Of a stretch of DNA of 32,750 nucleotides, positions 1 through 11,825 are shown piece after piece (the stretch's first letter is position 1; the number at the start of each line of letters is the position of its first letter). Location: the NCBI GenBank assembly GCA_011109175.1, contig RDEW01000023.1, positions 623,358-656,107 of the forward strand. Reading direction: 5' to 3'. Both the position numbers and the translations under genes were made by a program. This DNA is from Dicyema japonicum. Lineage: Eukaryota; Animalia; Dicyemida. Below the pieces are notes generated by a model. That model was not told the DNA's origin, made no database searches, and saw nothing but the letters and a program-made list of their open reading frames with translations.

Positions 1-768
1 GATTAGTTTAACTAGTACACTTCTATTTCATATTGTAAGTGAACAGTTTCGCTTTTTAAGACCAAAACCGTTAATTAGGATGGGAGTCAATGGTGATCTC
101 ATTTTCTAACAATTTAGGAATTATCCTCAAATGGTCGACCGGCAAACTGTCTTTCGGAACAGCTTTTAGGATTGTGCATATTCGATCTCTGTATCTTTTT
201 TCATGGTTATCTGTGTTTCTACATGAACACGCATGTTATGAATGGTCTTTTGGTTTGTTGAAAACAAGATACAAAGCATTTCGTTGAACTGAGTCTGTTT
301 TTTTGGTCATCGAAAAAAAGAGGGAAAGTCTCTAGGCAGATCTCAATTATAGTGTTGTACATCTTCTCATTTCGCAAAACATCATCGTTAATACATGCCA
401 CTTGTGGATTTAACTGAATGGATGTTCGGGTTGTTTAGCTGCTCAAAGACAGAACCCCATTTGAAGACGGAAATCAGGCTTTCCGGTGAGGGATGAACCA
501 TTGGAGAAGCAAGGGATTTTATTCAAGTCAAAAGTCCGTCTGTAGTCACGATTTAGTTATCCACTTTGACAAAGAAAACTTTGTTAAGAAATAAAGGACC
601 AGAAGCTAAAAATGTCCTGCTGCAAAAATTAACTTACGGTCATATTTTTTCTAAATTTTCTATGACAAATTTAAAAATTATTGATTGTCACATTAATTTT
701 CCCAATTTGCAAGTTTATTACTAAAGAAAATTTCATTATTATTATTAAAATGATAAAATCTCAACAAA

Positions 769-1087
769 ATTGAGATTTTCCTCCAAAAGAGGTATTCTCC
801 AAGTTTGGGTTTCTTCAAAAAAAGGTCGGACTGTACTACTAGCAAAATTCATAGATTCCTATATATGTAGCTTCACATAGATGATCCCCCATATAATTTG
901 TGAATCAAACATTTCCTTTCATTGTCTATTGAGATTTTCCTCCAAAAGAGGTATTCTCCAAGTTTGGGTTTCTTCAAAAAGAGGTCGGACTGCACTACTA
1001 GCAAAATTCATAGATTCCTATATATGTAGCTTCACACAGATGATCCCCCATATAATTTGTGAATCAAACATTTTTTTTCATTGTCTA
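769..1087. repeat. Tandem duplication, 2 x ~159 bp
   Basis: attgagattttcctccaaaagagg...cattgtcta starts at 769 and again at 928, with a few substitutions (aaaaa/aaaga, ctgta/ctgca, cata/caca). Confidence 0.95.
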
Positions 1088-1699
1088 CTATCGATGTCTT
1101 GACTCAAGATTATTTGTAATTTATGTCGTTAGTATCTTCCCGAAGACCAAGTCAAACGCCTTCTCGATATCAATGTTATCTTTTCGAAAAATGTTTTGGC
1201 ATACCACAACAGTATACAATATTTTATTCAACATATTTTTGCCTTAAATACTTAGACTATGAAAAAAAGCATAAAACTTGACCGTTCTAAATAATTTATG
1301 TCGTACTTAAAGTCACAAAGTTATATGCTAACGGGGAGTAGAAAACAAAATATATTGGACAAAGGCGGTATAATTTGAATGATTAAATAAGGCGAGTTTA
1401 TGTAAAAAAACAATTCATAGCTAAAATTATGTATTTTTTATCCTCTCAGGTACTATCCGTGAATCTGTGGATTCGAAAATAAATTAAAGCATCATATAGT
1501 TCATTATTTATAAACCATCGATTTCTGACGTCGCGAGATCAAAGGAGGCAAAAGGTTATATTCAGTTTGAGAGATATTCCTTAGTCCACAAGACCTTCAA
1601 TTTCCATGATCTTTGTCCTTTGCAAGTGGTATGATTTTCATGATATTTTTCCGAGATTTAAATTTTTAATTAACCAAAAAGACAGAGTGAAAGACTGAA

Positions 1700-2505
1700 A
1701 TCTAACATCTAATGGATCTATTCCCTATTAGCTATTGTTTCATGGGCCGCTTTATCATATAACAATACGTGACTAGAAATGTCTCGACAAACAAGTCGAT
1801 TTCAACATGAGTTCACAAATATCTGAAGGAGATAAACTCGGATTACTACTGTGGAAGGGATCATAAAATTGGAAGAGTGAAAGATGTCTTTATGGGGTTG
1901 GTTATAATGACGAGGAGGAGTGTTTATTACATGTTAGCTGAAAGTCATTAGTGGGTCAAATGTGACACCCAGTTTTTTGGTAGAATTTGTGGAGGCGATT
2001 GTTATTCCACTTAGAGTCAATGGAGGCGCCGAGTTAGTCAATCTTCTGTTGTAAGTAAAGATCATAAAGCACGACTTTTCAGGACTTGTGTGTAGTTGGT
2101 TCCTCGTAAGCCAACAGTTTAGGCTATCCAGTGAATCTTGTAAGCGAATACCTGCTCTGTGGATGCATTGGTCTCTTGTTCCCAGGATTAAATCGTCGGC
2201 GTAAGCAAGAATAGGGCATCGTCGCAACTGTAGGAAGGCATGTCGCTCATGAATAGGTTGAATAGACTTTGGAGAGAAGGGGATCTTTGCGGGACCCTGA
2301 TTGGTAGAAATTTAGTGATTAAAGATGTGGAATGGGGGATTACTCTTCCTATTCGTCCGTTGAGAAAGTTAACAAAATTTTCAGGTTGTTCGGAATGTTA
2401 GACCCATAAATCTTCCTAGTGAGCAGCTTCCTCGGTATTGAGTCAAAAGCCTTTTATATGTCAATGGAACACATGATGGTTTTTTGATGCCGAGGTTTGC
2501 GTTGT
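1700..2505 (-). mobile_element. Degenerate non-LTR retrotransposon RT fragment (APE-type, I/Jockey group)
   Basis: Minus-strand translation gives SIDI*KAFDSIPRKLL, RVPQRS..LFNLFMSDMP, ILAYADDLIL and LGVTFDPLMTFS, with stops and frameshifts. Similar to the RT at 20788-21930. Confidence 0.9.
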
Positions 2506-2507
2506 AG

Positions 2508-3086
2508 TCACCTAACCATTCGTAGAATAACTCTGTCTCCAATATTCAACGATTCTTCATCATTTTTCCATCTTCTTTTCTTTCGCATTTTTTCTGCATC
2601 TACCAAAGTATGCCTTCGTGCAGAATCCCGTGACAAAGATTGGTCTTCATCTTCTTCATACTGTAGAAATCTATTTAAGCGTTCATCAGATATTTCTGGC
2701 GGATAATCCGCTCCATTAAAATTCTTGAAAGGAGCATGTTTGGTGGTCTCTTGGTCTCCCAGACTGGATTGATATATTCCCAGAGTTCCATCAGCAGAAG
2801 AAACGGATGATAACCATTTTTTAAGAGATTGATTTAACCTATACATTATCATATAAATGATACCTCTCTACCTGGTCTTTAATTCACGGTGCACTTGGTT
2901 GTCCAATAATATGTTTAACATTTAACCTGTTACAAATTTCTATGAGATAAGAGTTTCTGAACTCTATCGTCCTCTAAAAACTAGCAATGAGGCTAGTCTC
3001 CAAATGCGCTGTTTACTCTTTCTTGAAAGCGACGCATCAAAATATCCATTTTCTAGATATTCGATTATCTGACGCAACTCATCCAT
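2508..3086 (-). mobile_element. Internally deleted Ginger2/KRBA2-SCAND3-like DDE integrase (transposase) pseudogene with a 25-nt intron
   Basis: MDELRQIIEYLENGYFDASLSRKSKQRIWRLAS is joined to EFRNSYLIEICNRLNVKHIIGQPSAP*IKDQVE. Removing GT-AG 2839-2863 restores VERLNQSLKKWL, followed by TTKHAPFKNFNG and LNIGDRVIL. The zinc finger and first two Asp are missing. Confidence 0.75.
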
Positions 3087-3107
3087 GTTCAACTTGAAGC
3101 ATAAAAC

Positions 3108-5578
3108 CATGTGCAGAAAAAGCTCTTCAACTAATTCTTTTCGTTCTCCTCGCTAACAAATTCAGGGTACGACAAATCATTTACAGAGTTATCTTCCACC
3201 TTCAAAATAATAGCCTGAACAGCATCAACGTACATATCTAAAGCAGGACTCGAAATCCACTTCGAATAAAGACAATTTTAAACTCAAAAACCACGTAATC
3301 GTCCTTACAAATAATCTCAATTGTTTTCGCTACAAAAATCTTGGAAGGATTCAACATCCTCGGAGACCAAATAAGTCATCTGCATTAAAAAAAGTTCTAA
3401 CCAAATCCCGAGATCTCTTAAAAAGTATTGATTGCCTTTGAANCAGCATCAACGTACATATCTAAAGCAGGACTCAAAGTCCACTTCGAATAAAGACAAT
3501 TTTAAACTCAAAGACCACGTAATCGTCCTTACAAATAATCTCAATTGTTTTCGCTACAAAAATCTTGGAAGGATTCAACATCCTTGGAGACCAAATCAGT
3601 CATCTGCATTAAAAAAAGTTCTAACCAAATCCCGAGATCTCTTAAAAGTATTGATTGCCTTTGAACTATCAAACTCCTAATCAGTTTCGTGTAATCTAAA
3701 GAATCAAATCTTTAACAAAACCAGTGACTTCCGAAGACTCCATGATATGGTAATTAAAATTCCGTTTAACTATGACCCCGGAGAGTCGGTCTCCGGTATT
3801 CATTCGTTTAATGGAGGCCATTTTCCCGATTATCTAGGATAGAGATATTGCCTGAGTACTTTAGCTGTTCGTTCTCCCTTGAAATACAAATATATGTTCT
3901 GTGTTACGTGGATCATAAATATCGATGTTATAAGACGGATCATCCTCATATTCCCTTATAAGAGCAGCCTTCAGTCTCCCCATCACAGTCCTTTCCCCAT
4001 GAACGAGATTCTAATAGTCACATGAAAACTCACAATATGAGGTGGTTTAATAGCTCGGACAAATTCTCTAGTCTGTTTGTAATCCGTGTGGGCTGAGAAG
4101 GAGATGTACTCGACTGAGCATTTCAATGGGAGAACGCTTCCTTGGACAGTTTGGATAGTTTCAGGGTTTTTGAGAATGTACTATATAAAAAATACATGAA
4201 ATTCCTGGATAACGTCCCTTTAACACAATACCAGGATATGATGACTCCGTTTCGTAGTTCTAAGCACCACATCTCAAAGAGATCTCTGCTAAGTCCACTC
4301 TGTCATTCCGGGAAAGGCAAGCAAGACTGAAGGGCCGATATCATTAAATTCATCAATACTCTACGAGAAAACAATATTGAAATAAAAGTATAAAAATAAA
4401 ATACTCAAAAATAATTCTAGATAAAAAATCGAATTTAAAATACACGTAAATTGTAAATATGTTTAAATACAAATAGATTCGAACATGACATTAAATTCCT
4501 TATTTTGTCATTCATAGAGTCCACAAAGGTTTGAAAAACATTTATGCACTTCCTAGTCAGATTTGACCCATAGTACATGGGAATGCTCAGCAGCTGGGGA
4601 TTTCTGCTTCAATACTCATCTAAATTGATGACAGCTAAGACTACCTAATATTTAACAGCAGCTCCTGAGTTCCTGCCAAGGCACAATCTGGGATGAGACA
4701 TCTTCCCCCTTGAGAGACAATCTCATGGACCCGATTCGTGAATTTTCGCACTCTATGTTCCTGAGGCTCGTAAACACTTGTTCCGTAAGTCGATTCCTAA
4801 AAAATGTATAAAAGAAAACGACAATTATAAGGACGTCAGGCACAACTGGGGAAATTTAAGCTGCCATTATGTGTCAATCTTCTCTAGAGAAATCACCAGT
4901 TTATATAATTTTCACCCCAGCAATCACAATGAGAAACATTGCAGCGCCAAGTACATGTCCAGCAGATCTGCAGGAAAACTTTATCTCATCTACCATAATT
5001 TCTTGGTGGTAATCGATCGTCTCAATTTTATTCATACTGTGGCAATCTCATTTGTGCCACCGGTATTCGCAAAACTAAAATTTAGTTTTAAATTTGATTA
5101 ATTTTAATTCAAATAACAATTTTAAATATTTTAAACAAAAAATTTTTGAAGTGGTTATTAAATAATATACCAAACTTTCGCGTAGTCAGTTAAAAGAAGT
5201 CTATAGATTGCTTTTGTAGCATGTGTCATAAACATCCTCCTCTAAATATAGTTTTCTCCAGTAAATATGGCAGAGAGCCACAGTGATTCAGATGAAAGCT
5301 AAAATTCCCAAAAAATCAAACTGACTAATCAGGGAAGGTCAATTTTATCCAACTCAACTGAATCAATGAAGGGCAATGCATCCAAACCAAATCTGCCACG
5401 ATGGATTCCACAGTCGAGCTACATAATTACTACATATACCATAATATGTTTGTTCCTGAATTCTATGATGATACATGACCTGCCCACTTCCTGTCCGGCA
5501 ACGCTGAATTTATTGTAATGACTCTTACAGTGGATAGATTCATAGTTTTGAATTTTCATCTGAATGAGAATCCACCAT
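3108..5578 (-). pseudogene. CPSF3: CPSF3 (CPSF73, pre-mRNA 3'-end endonuclease) unprocessed pseudogene, near full length
   Basis: Spliced minus-strand translation from ATG 5578 gives AGQEVGRSCII, KHIM|LDCGIH, ISH|[40 protein letters not shown]|[78 protein letters not shown] and DMYVDAVQAIIL. GT-AG introns at 5504-5528 (25), 5419-5439 (21), 5299-5321 (23), 4797-4822 (26), 4620-4644 (25), 4361-4443 (83) and 4011-4033 (23), plus two of 26 nt near 3700 and 3850. At least five in-frame stops and several frameshifts. Confidence 0.95.
3220..3665. repeat. Tandem duplication 2 x ~222 bp separated by a single N (3443)
   Basis: cagcatcaacgtacatatc...gcctttgaa at 3220-3442 and 3444-3665, with a few SNPs and a 1-nt indel. 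Confidence 0.95.
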
Positions 5579-5699
5579 GAGTGATTAATTTTCAAATTTT
5601 CATTATTAATTAATTTTTTAATTATTAATTTATTTAAATATTTTGCGCTGTTGTGTAATTTTTATAAGTAAACATTTTATTATCAAAATACCTTTTCCC

Positions 5700-6220
5700 A
5701 TGACCAAATCGACTGGTGAAGATTTACATTATGAAAACTCTTCAGTCGAATGAAGTAATATCCGCTACTGCAGTATATGTGATGAAAATAGAAGAGGGAT
5801 CATTCACACATCAAGTGGACATGTTAGTTTCGAGATTTCCATTGATGACTTCTTTACCCTTTCTCCAAACGATCCAGAAGTATCGAAGGTTATTGGATCG
5901 ACTATCAATGTAAATACATAGATGTTCTTATGCTAGTGTATAAAAAGATCATCTTCAATCAGTTTTGCAATTCATACTTTGGAACAACCATTTCATTTTC
6001 TAACGATCTCTGGTCACTTTTGAAACGATCTACTTTAGGATTTAAAAAATGAGATTTTCATATGTCGAAGATTTCAGCCGCATATGGAATCTGTTTATTT
6101 TCTTATCTTAGAGTTTTCGAATTTTCGTTGGTATTCTCAGCTTTCAGAGCGGAATCTGATAATTTGAACGTCTCAATCAAGATCAGGCATTTCCATTAAG
6201 AGAAAAAGGAGATCATGATA
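5700..6220 (+). pseudogene. Remnant of an unidentified gene divergent from CPSF3
   Basis: ATG at 5700, ~120 bp of AT-rich spacer from the CPSF3 ATG. The frame MTKSTGEDLHYENSSVE*...FEISIDDFFTLSPNDPEVSKVIGSTIN continues across two candidate 26-27 nt GT-AG introns. No recognisable motif. Confidence 0.3.
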
Positions 6221-7220
6221 CCAATGAGGTCTTTTACTTATGTTCGCGATAATTATGCTGTCATACATAGCATTTTAGATCACAATTTAGCATTTTTCTT
6301 TATCGGTGTTAAGCGTTTGACCATTTAAAGCGGCTCTGGCGTAGATTGTTTAATTTAATTTAAGATTGTTTACTTAACGGTTGCCGGATAACAGGCCTTA
6401 AGGTTGCTAATCTGATTTCCGATACTGTAAATTTTGGTTGAAGGTTCCACGAATCAATATGCTTTGGTTTGACGAGTGACATCAGTGACATTTCACTGCG
6501 GAACTGGATCGTCTATATAGGACACTTTAGTGTTGCACATGCGGGGTTATAAACATTATGGCTTTTGAAAGTGCCTTAAAAATAATTGTTTACTTCAATT
6601 TACCTGTACCATAGTATTAAAAACATAACATAAAAATCAAAGCCTCGAAATATCATAAATTTATGAAAATTTACTTTAAACATTCCTTTCAAAATGTTTT
6701 GCAAAAAAAGCAGCTAGTTGCTGTTTAGCAATCACGCCCTGAATCACTCATAAGACACACTAACTTTTACAACACTACTGATTATCTTACAAGGCGTATG
6801 AATAATAAAATGACAACGCGTACAAACTGAGATAAAGCACTTTAAAAACTGAGCACATATATGTAAAATGATTTCAATACTTTATTTCTTGCACGACTAG
6901 GTACCAATTGATCTATGGACCGGCAACGGTTCGCGGTTCATCGGTTAGAGAATTTTGAATTACACAATATAATTGAATTTTTATTTTTAGAAGTCATTAT
7001 TTATGAAACAACTTTTATTATTTGGGAATTTATGAATCGAATTATGTAACAAATGCGCAAGACTTTAGTAATAATTGTCCTATGTGATAGCGTCCGGGCT
7101 GTTGATACTGTCCGTGTTGATAAGACAAAAAAAATTTACTTTGAGTAAATAAATCGATTAAGCGAGAAAAGGGTCGAAAATAGAAGAGGTAGAAGGATCG
7201 GTCAAGGTCGAAAAAAACTC

Positions 7221-7640
7221 AATTACGTCAATTTTACGTTCCCCAACCACATGGCCCTTCGTGTGATAGCGAAGGCGACAAATATACTACAGAATGCCAC
7301 CCTTCTGACAATGAAGTAAATGAGTTGGTGGAAATAGCCTCTCAGGTTGTCTTTGTGGTCACCAGGTTGTCTTGAACTAAGGGATAATTATGATCATATA
7401 TGGACCTTGAAAAGTGTATTGAGATACTGTAGTTTTTGTTGAATGACGATTAGTTTCTTAGTGTTTTTTGTTAGATTTGCTTTCATATGTAAATTCGGTG
7501 ATTTTTAGTCCAGTAGTTAAGTTTTTTTACCGATTTCCCTGACAACCATTGAACATTCAACGGAGACATAGATTTTGAGTTGTCTTAGAGAGGGTGACGA
7601 TTAGATGGACTATCAGAGTTTGTTGCAACAGGGACAGTAA
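7221..7640 (+). pseudogene. 3' half of Mis12-like gene remnant (duplicated part)
   Basis: NYVNFTFPNHMAL...ECHPSDNEVNELVEIASQ; paralogous to 13483-13893. Confidence 0.3.
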
Positions 7641-7658
7641 AGGACGATACGCTGCTGT

Positions 7659-8935
7659 TTATTTTTCAGGTTGCAACTCTATGGCATGAAAGTGCACTCG
7701 TGCAGCACTCGAGACAATCTTCCGAACTAACTTCTTCCAATTTCCTCGATCGTAAGACAGTTTTCTTAACTTGTCCAAATCGTTTCCACTTTTTATACTT
7801 TTTTCATAAGCTTTAAAACTACATCAAGTGTTTCTAGAAGTGTAATATGACGGTGACGGGGAAACTCGGTTTCTCTGCGATTGTCTGACGATATATAATT
7901 CAGATTGTTTCATTTATATTTACTGGGGTCTTCTGGCTAAGAGCCCGTGTGACATTTATCTTCTGCAGTCTTTTGGCGAGAACTTTTTTGGCATGGTAGG
8001 TAAAATTAAGCTGCCTGTCGTAAGTCATTTTTAGGATTGAGGGTTTTACTTTGACAGGTATTCGAGTATGTCCGGTGAAGATTTATGGTCCTTCTTTGGA
8101 CCGACGGTCGGAGGTGAATGGAGTGCATGATGTGTTGCAATTACCTCCTTTTGCTATTCAGCATTCAGTAATATTTTGCCATTTTTGTCTTAGATGATTG
8201 TTCGTATTTTCCGGTTTGTGTGGCGTAGTAAGCGAACAGCCATATACAATTGTGAATTATCTCTTAGTTTGGATACTTATTGATTTTGCGAAGCAGTTCT
8301 TTTTGTGGAGTGTCTTGTTCAAAATCCTGATTTTTTACGGATTTGGTCTTTCTGCCCCTGAAGGGCTTTTCTCTTGTTATATTCTTTTTTCGTTTAGTTT
8401 TTTTTGTATGGATTTCTATTAACTCCTTTGCTAGTTCTGTATCTATCGTCCGATCCTTACTGGCCTTCTCCCACGTGCCGAGGTACTGGCTTGCTGCTTC
8501 GTTTATTATATTCTTTGTGCGATCCCACGAAATTCTTACTGTTAGGTCCTTTAGATGAGAGCAGATATATTGTTGGTAATTTATGACTGTATTTGGATGA
8601 GACATCAGTTATTCCGTTGCGTATCCATTTCTTGTATTCTCATTATTATTGTTTGTAATGTTGTTATGTTTCTTATTTTTGATACCATGCTTCGCCAGGC
8701 TGAATGTTACAATAACCATTCTGTGATCGCTGACAGTTGTTGAACCTTCAAATGAGTGTGCGTTTATAAGAGAGCGTTTGTCGTTTATATAATATAATCA
8801 ATTTGGTTGTACATAGGGATTAGTTTTCCATCTGGGTTTATTCGTTCGCTCATCCAAGTTGTTATGTGGCATGCACGATGAGAGAATGCAGTGTTGCACA
8901 AGAACAATTTGTTACCGTTCAGAAATGGCAGCTCA
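7659..8935 (-). mobile_element. Mosaic non-LTR fragment: RTE-type APE end and linker, short I/Jockey-like thumb piece, RTE-type C-terminus
   Basis: LFLCNTAFSHRACHITTW, NQIDYII and SDHRMVIV (APE end); YDRQLNFTYHAKKVLAK (~7950-8040); HITLLETLD..KSGNDLDKLRKLSYDRGNWKKLV (RTE C-terminus). The RT core is absent. Confidence 0.8.
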
Positions 8936-8974
8936 TTGCCTGAAAGGTCATAATGGAGACTGAGCAGATCACTT

Positions 8975-10686
8975 CAATGCCACCTAAGATGTTGATAAAA
9001 TTGACAAAAGGCAAAAAATGTCAAACGGCAGTTTCGTCGGTCTATTTTTACATGAATTGCTTTCAACTATAATATATCTAAGATATATTCCAAAGTATGA
9101 GCCTAATCATTATCAGACAGAAAACCTGACGATGCCAAATTTATTATTTTGTTTTTTCTTTACTGGAGTCAAATTTTAAATAAAAATACAGATAAGACAG
9201 AATTCCTTCACCTCTATTTACTTTTTAGACAGTATTGAATCTGAACAACTCCCATGAGGAATCTAGCGAACCCAACTTCAAGGCTGATAGAAATATGACA
9301 AAAATCAACATAGATTTTATGTTCATTATTTAGAATCATGAGTTAACCGAACGCATCAAGTTTACGAGATAAAAGAATCTCCCTGCAGTATGGTCCCATG
9401 AATTTTTAATTGTCGGCATTTTAGCAAATCATAACTTCAATTAGTAAAATTAATTATTACATTGAGCGACTTCAATAGCCAGGTATTTTACCTTGCAAGA
9501 TACGATCTCGAAACAATCAGTCCCACGAGATCCTAGGCGATATTAATGATCTTCGTTTTCATAAACTGAATATCACCCAAATTTGTTGGAGAGTCTTTTT
9601 TAACATGTGTAACGCACTAAGCCATGTTTCGACCATTATCGAATGGGAATATTGTTATTCCTTCGGGGCGTTGCCATCTCAAAGAAGAAACTAGTTGTGG
9701 CCAGCATAGAAAGTGCATTTTTAATGTCAAGTGTGACATCATGTATGGGACCTGCTATAAATTTGCTAAAAGGATGATAACCATCGATTCAGTGTCCACA
9801 AATGTATTTTTATTAACACACAATTAAGGTCAAAATGGAGCGAAACAGCATTCTCACTGCCTCGTCGTCAGAACGTTGCCAATCTTACCACATTGATAAA
9901 CATTCAACAAAGTATTTGTTGATTAATTTCTAGTCATCTAGAAGCAGACCTTCTAGCATCATATTGCTCTCAAGAAAATCTTTCTTTTTCTAAAACACAT
10001 CTTAATGAGATTTCAGATTAATTCGGTCATTTAGATCATTAAGGAAATATCCTTTTTAACGTCCACAGATCCAGAAATAAGAGTGAGGGATAAGGTCAGT
10101 ATAAACTATGGAATACACATTTGGTTGCAAATAAGAGTAAGGATACTAATAGCATATATAGTCATCAAATATAGTTAAATTACTTAACGGTTGACCTAAT
10201 TTTACTGTCAAGGAGAAATATGACCTATTTTTTACTTTCAAGTAAAAAGAACATCGGAGGTTGAAAATCTTTCAGTCCTGATAGATCAATCTGTAGCCAA
10301 AATCGCACAGAAAAATAATTTTGTCATCAAGAGATCACTTTTAATATTTCACATAAAACCAATTCGAGAATGCGAATGATGATAATTCGTTACTTAGAAC
10401 AATATCATCTATTTGATTCTAAAAAAGGCAAAAGATTCTCCCATCATACTCAGGCTAACTACTTCATACTGCTTTGTGTTAACTTCACGTATAATCTTCC
10501 AAAATTAGACCAATTAAATTACATTGCAGTACTCTTGTCTGAAAAAATAATTTCAATTACCCTGCAGTACTCTTGTCTAAAAAAGAATTAGATATCATCA
10601 TACTTCAAAACCAAAATCGAGGTCATCCGCATATCTTATTTCCTAGATAGAAGTAGAACAATTTTTAGCTCTCAGATTACGAAGAG
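8975..10686 (-). pseudogene. Unidentified multicopy sequence, probably a decayed lineage-specific gene family
   Basis: Present in both duplication copies and partly as an inverted copy at 26149-26530. In a diverged patch the minus frame stays similar (NVYQCGKIGNVLTTRQ vs NVYSCDKISNLLKTKQ). Confidence 0.35.
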
Positions 10687-10793
10687 NNNNNNNNNNNNNN
10701 NNNNNNNNNNNNNNNNNNNNNNNNNNNNNNNNNNNNNNNNNNNNNNNNNNNNNNNNNNNNNNNNNNNNNNNNNNNNNNNNNNNNNNNNNNNNN
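10687..10793. other. Assembly gap (107 N)
   Basis: Run of N. Confidence 1.
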
Positions 10794-11040
10794 GTTGTGC
10801 GGCTTCTAATTTTTGAGATTTTTGAGACGACGATTCAGGTATCAGCTTCAGAAAGGACATGCGTAATCGATTGCTGGCAGTATGTATCGTCTGTAAATTT
10901 TCAGTAGTAAGAAGGTGTTGTGCCCAATTGGTGATCGGGACATAATTTTCAATATGCTGGTTATAATGTCATTGAAGTGTTCGCCGAATGTAAAGAGAGT
11001 ATCCAACTTTAATCCTAGTGAAATATTTGGAGTCCAATAA
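10794..11040 (-). mobile_element. LINE ORF2 post-RT (thumb) fragment
   Basis: LGLKLDTLFTFGEHF...LLKIYRRYILPAIDYACP...KLEAAQ. Confidence 0.75.
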
Positions 11041-11319
11041 AGGGGGCGGAAGCGATTGGTTAACAAAATCATCAAAGTGCTAATAGTAAGTGAAATTAAG
11101 ATATTTTATTAAAAAGTAAGTTAAAATTAAAGTTGTTATGAGGTCTCCATTATGACCTGGAAATATTGAACACGCGATGGGAGATACCTTTTATAATCTC
11201 GAGCACAATGTTCTGGAAAAGCCATCGCGTCATTCTAGGTTCACCCTTCCGCTTCTTTACAGCTGCCCGATTAACCTGATAAACTCATTTACCTGATCCG
11301 CCAGGGTAATCGATGTTCC

Positions 11320-11466
11320 TCATGCAGACTATTATTACCAAACGAGGTTCCTTAAGGTTCCCCATTATCTCCAGTTTTATGCAATCTAATTACGAATGAT
11401 TTAAAAATTCAACAAGTTGACGACACATTACGGTCCTACGCGGATGATATTGTTGTTTCACAACCG
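11320..11466 (+). mobile_element. LINE RT core fragment
   Basis: LPNEVP*GSPLSPVLCNLITNDL...RSYADDIVV, with one frameshift. Confidence 0.8.
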
Positions 11467-11825
11467 TCAATAAAGCTAATGAATTCTTGAAGTATTTTTT
11501 TACGAAAACTCCCTTTTCTCAATTTCGAGTGCAGGGAATCCACCATAAAAATGTTAAAATTCAGACTAAAGGCGATTCTTTGTGAAAGTCCTTTATTTCA
11601 AAACAATCTTTTCAGAGATATAGAATACATACTTCAATAGCGATTTTCTCCTTATTAGAAAGCTTGAGACAGAAATTTGGTGTCAATTCTGAGATATATC
11701 TGAATCTGTTAGCAACTTTTCGAAGATTATGTCCACGATTTTCAACACGACGACGTTTGATCCAGAACACGCAAACCAGGCTTTAACTGACAAAAATTCA
11801 TTTTTCATAGAATTAACATCTCCAC

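Larger units (their letters stand above)
7221..10686. repeat. Segmental duplication copy A (~3.4 kb; copy B at 13483-16884)
   Basis: Colinear from aattacgtcaattttac to cagattacgaagag with scattered SNPs and indels. Copy A ends at the N gap. Confidence 0.97.

Noticed and set aside
1-600. ORFs 90-287 and 219-401 as genes
   Set aside because: Short, interrupted and without a recognisable motif; may be another remnant but cannot be supported.
755-779. Perfect 10-bp hairpin aaaatctcaa-caaaa-ttgagatttt
   Set aside because: Short and AT-rich with no partner terminus; plausible by chance.
3060-3150. In-frame CPSF3-integrase fusion gene
   Set aside because: The frame is locally open across the junction, but both partners have multiple stops, so no fusion protein is supported.
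4142-5101. Plus-strand ORFs 4142-4330 and 4778-5101
   Set aside because: Antisense shadows of the CPSF3 pseudogene.
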